Source: Campylobacterota bacterium (GTDB lineage Bacteria > Campylobacterota > Campylobacteria > Campylobacterales > Sulfurovaceae). Taken from it: 17,068 nucleotides of DNA. This document shows, in pieces, positions 15,760 through 17,068 of the stretch. Under the pieces are notes generated by a model. It saw only the letters and a program-made list of their open reading frames with translations. It was not told the origin of the DNA and ran no database searches. Position 1 is the stretch's first letter. Each line of letters begins with the position of its first letter. The stretch spans positions 1 to 17,068 of the forward strand of contig JAYEOM010000044.1 of NCBI GenBank assembly GCA_034722955.1, in the 5' to 3' direction. The position numbers were made by a program, and so were the translations under genes.

Positions 15760-16866
15760 ATGATAACTGTGCAGATAAACTATGGTAGTGAAATATCGTA
15801 TGCCAAAAAAACTTTGGCTCAATCTATAGGTAATTTATCAGAGATTATCATTACACTAAAAGAGTTGACTTTAGCTGATAGTGTTGACCTGCTCTTTTAT
15901 AATGAGGAGCATAAACACTATTATGATAAAATAAAAAATAACAATATCCCCATACAATTTCTAGAGAATGATACCATCAGTATGATAGGTAAAGCCTATT
16001 TAGAAAAAAGAGCTTATCGTAGTTCACATACACTTTATGATAAATACTACAACATTTCACTCGATAATCCTTTCAAAATAGATATTTCGTCTCAACTTAT
16101 TTTTCCTATAATAAATCAAGAGCAAGTGATAGGGATGATTCGCTTTTCAAAAAATAAATATATGTTTGAAAACCATATAGTAGATAAATTAACCAAATTA
16201 GAAGGTTCTTTTTTTGACATCTTCTCATCAGAGATCTACCGAAGAGTGGAGAAGCCAAACAGTAAACTCTTCTCTATCAGAGAGGAGGAAGTCAACAGAT
16301 CACTCTATATACTAAAGAGAGAGCTTGATAGATTATCAACAGATACTCACAATCCAGAGATCAAAAAACTGCTTCTTAGGGCTGAAGAGAATATCGATTC
16401 AGTTTATGACTATATCAATCTAGTTCCCAACGACACAAATATCCTCAAGCAAGAGGTTCGCAGTAGTTCTGACCATAGCAGTATAAAAGTTATCATAGCA
16501 GATGATGTTCATATGAATGTGAAAATACTCAATGCTATGATCAAGGGAGATAATATATCGGAGATCAATTTTGCTTATGATGGTAATGAAGCGTTAGATA
16601 AGATCAAGCAAGTGAAAAAAGATGCAAGTGGTATCAATATACTCTTTTTAGATCACTATATGCCAGGAAAGCTGGGTCTTGAAGTTGCCGAAGAGATAAG
16701 AGAAGATGAAAAAAAGGATCAGAATAACAATACTATCATCATCTCTATTACCAATGACCCCTCTGCCATAGAAGCCAAAAAGGGTCTATATGATTACCGT
16801 ATTTCCAAACCTTTCGTAAAGTCAGATGTCACTATGGTGATGAACAGAATCCAACAGAGTTGTTAG
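15760..16866 (+). CDS. Response regulator-like protein: N-terminal GAF-like region, helical linker, C-terminal receiver domain
   Basis: Receiver motifs VIIADD, AYDGNEAL, FLDHYMP (phospho-Asp), ISIT and SKPF. GAF-like features: SMIGKAY, YNISLDNP, SQLIFPII..QVIGMI. GTG 15769 is better spaced from AAGGA and may be the true start. Confidence 0.8.
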   Translation: MITVQINYGSEISYAKKTLAQSIGNLSEIIITLKELTLADSVDLLFYNEEHKHYYDKIKNNNIPIQFLENDTISMIGKAYLEKRAYRSSHTLYDKYYNISLDNPFKIDISSQLIFPIINQEQVIGMIRFSKNKYMFENHIVDKLTKLEGSFFDIFSSEIYRRVEKPNSKLFSIREEEVNRSLYILKRELDRLSTDTHNPEIKKLLLRAEENIDSVYDYINLVPNDTNILKQEVRSSSDHSSIKVIIADDVHMNVKILNAMIKGDNISEINFAYDGNEALDKIKQVKKDASGINILFLDHYMPGKLGLEVAEEIREDEKKDQNNNTIIISITNDPSAIEAKKGLYDYRISKPFVKSDVTMVMNRIQQSC

Positions 16867-17066
16867 CACTTTTTATCCCCATCTATATCACAATATTTTC
16901 TCTTTAAAAATATTTTCATGATCACATCCTTTGTCAGCATTGCAAATGAGATGACCCAAGTGATATCCATTAGTGTATTGGGTGGATAGTCAAATAGATA
17001 ATAGAGAACAGGGATACCTACAAAGAGTATGATTTTGGTAGAGATCAGAAATAGTTCCTTGGTTGA
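16863..17066 (-). CDS. 3' end of a hypothetical membrane protein (truncated by the window edge)
   Basis: Open minus-strand frame ...STKELFLISTKIILFVGIPVLYYLFDYPPNTLMDITWVISFAMLTKDVIMKIFLKRKYCDIDGDKKC* with two hydrophobic segments; its stop overlaps the convergent receiver-gene stop. Confidence 0.6.
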   Translation of the reverse strand, partial: STKELFLISTKIILFVGIPVLYYLFDYPPNTLMDITWVISFAMLTKDVIMKIFLKRKYCDIDGDKKC

Positions 17067-17068
17067 GT

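Overview
Bacterial chromosomal window, most likely from a Campylobacterota (Sulfurovum/Sulfurimonas-like) genome. This is inferred from the AHQWRQP-type kinase H-box, the compact DprA and the promoter style, and was not checked by any search. The first 9.3 kb (minus strand) is a tightly coupled 13-gene operon with the full subunit inventory of the membrane-bound sulfane-sulfur reductase MBS (formerly MBX) characterised in Pyrococcus furiosus. It has Mrp-type small subunits B, C, D, E, G, two antiporter-like pumps H and H', NuoH-like M, NuoB/C/D/I-like J, K, L, N, and the MrpE-like A gene moved to the end. The large subunit keeps only one Cys of each Ni-binding CxxC pair (RICVPE / ICPPE) and lacks the complex I quinone-site His and Tyr. 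The small subunit has GTGC in place of CxxC. The complex therefore looks like neither a hydrogenase nor complex I, and is most plausibly an ion-pumping polysulfide reductase. The rest of the window holds ppk2, a divergent FIST-GAF-PAS histidine kinase, dprA, a YibQ-like divergent polysaccharide deacetylase with an internal 25-bp duplication, a GAF-like/receiver protein and the 3' end of a membrane-protein gene. No RNA genes, mobile elements or CRISPR arrays were seen.
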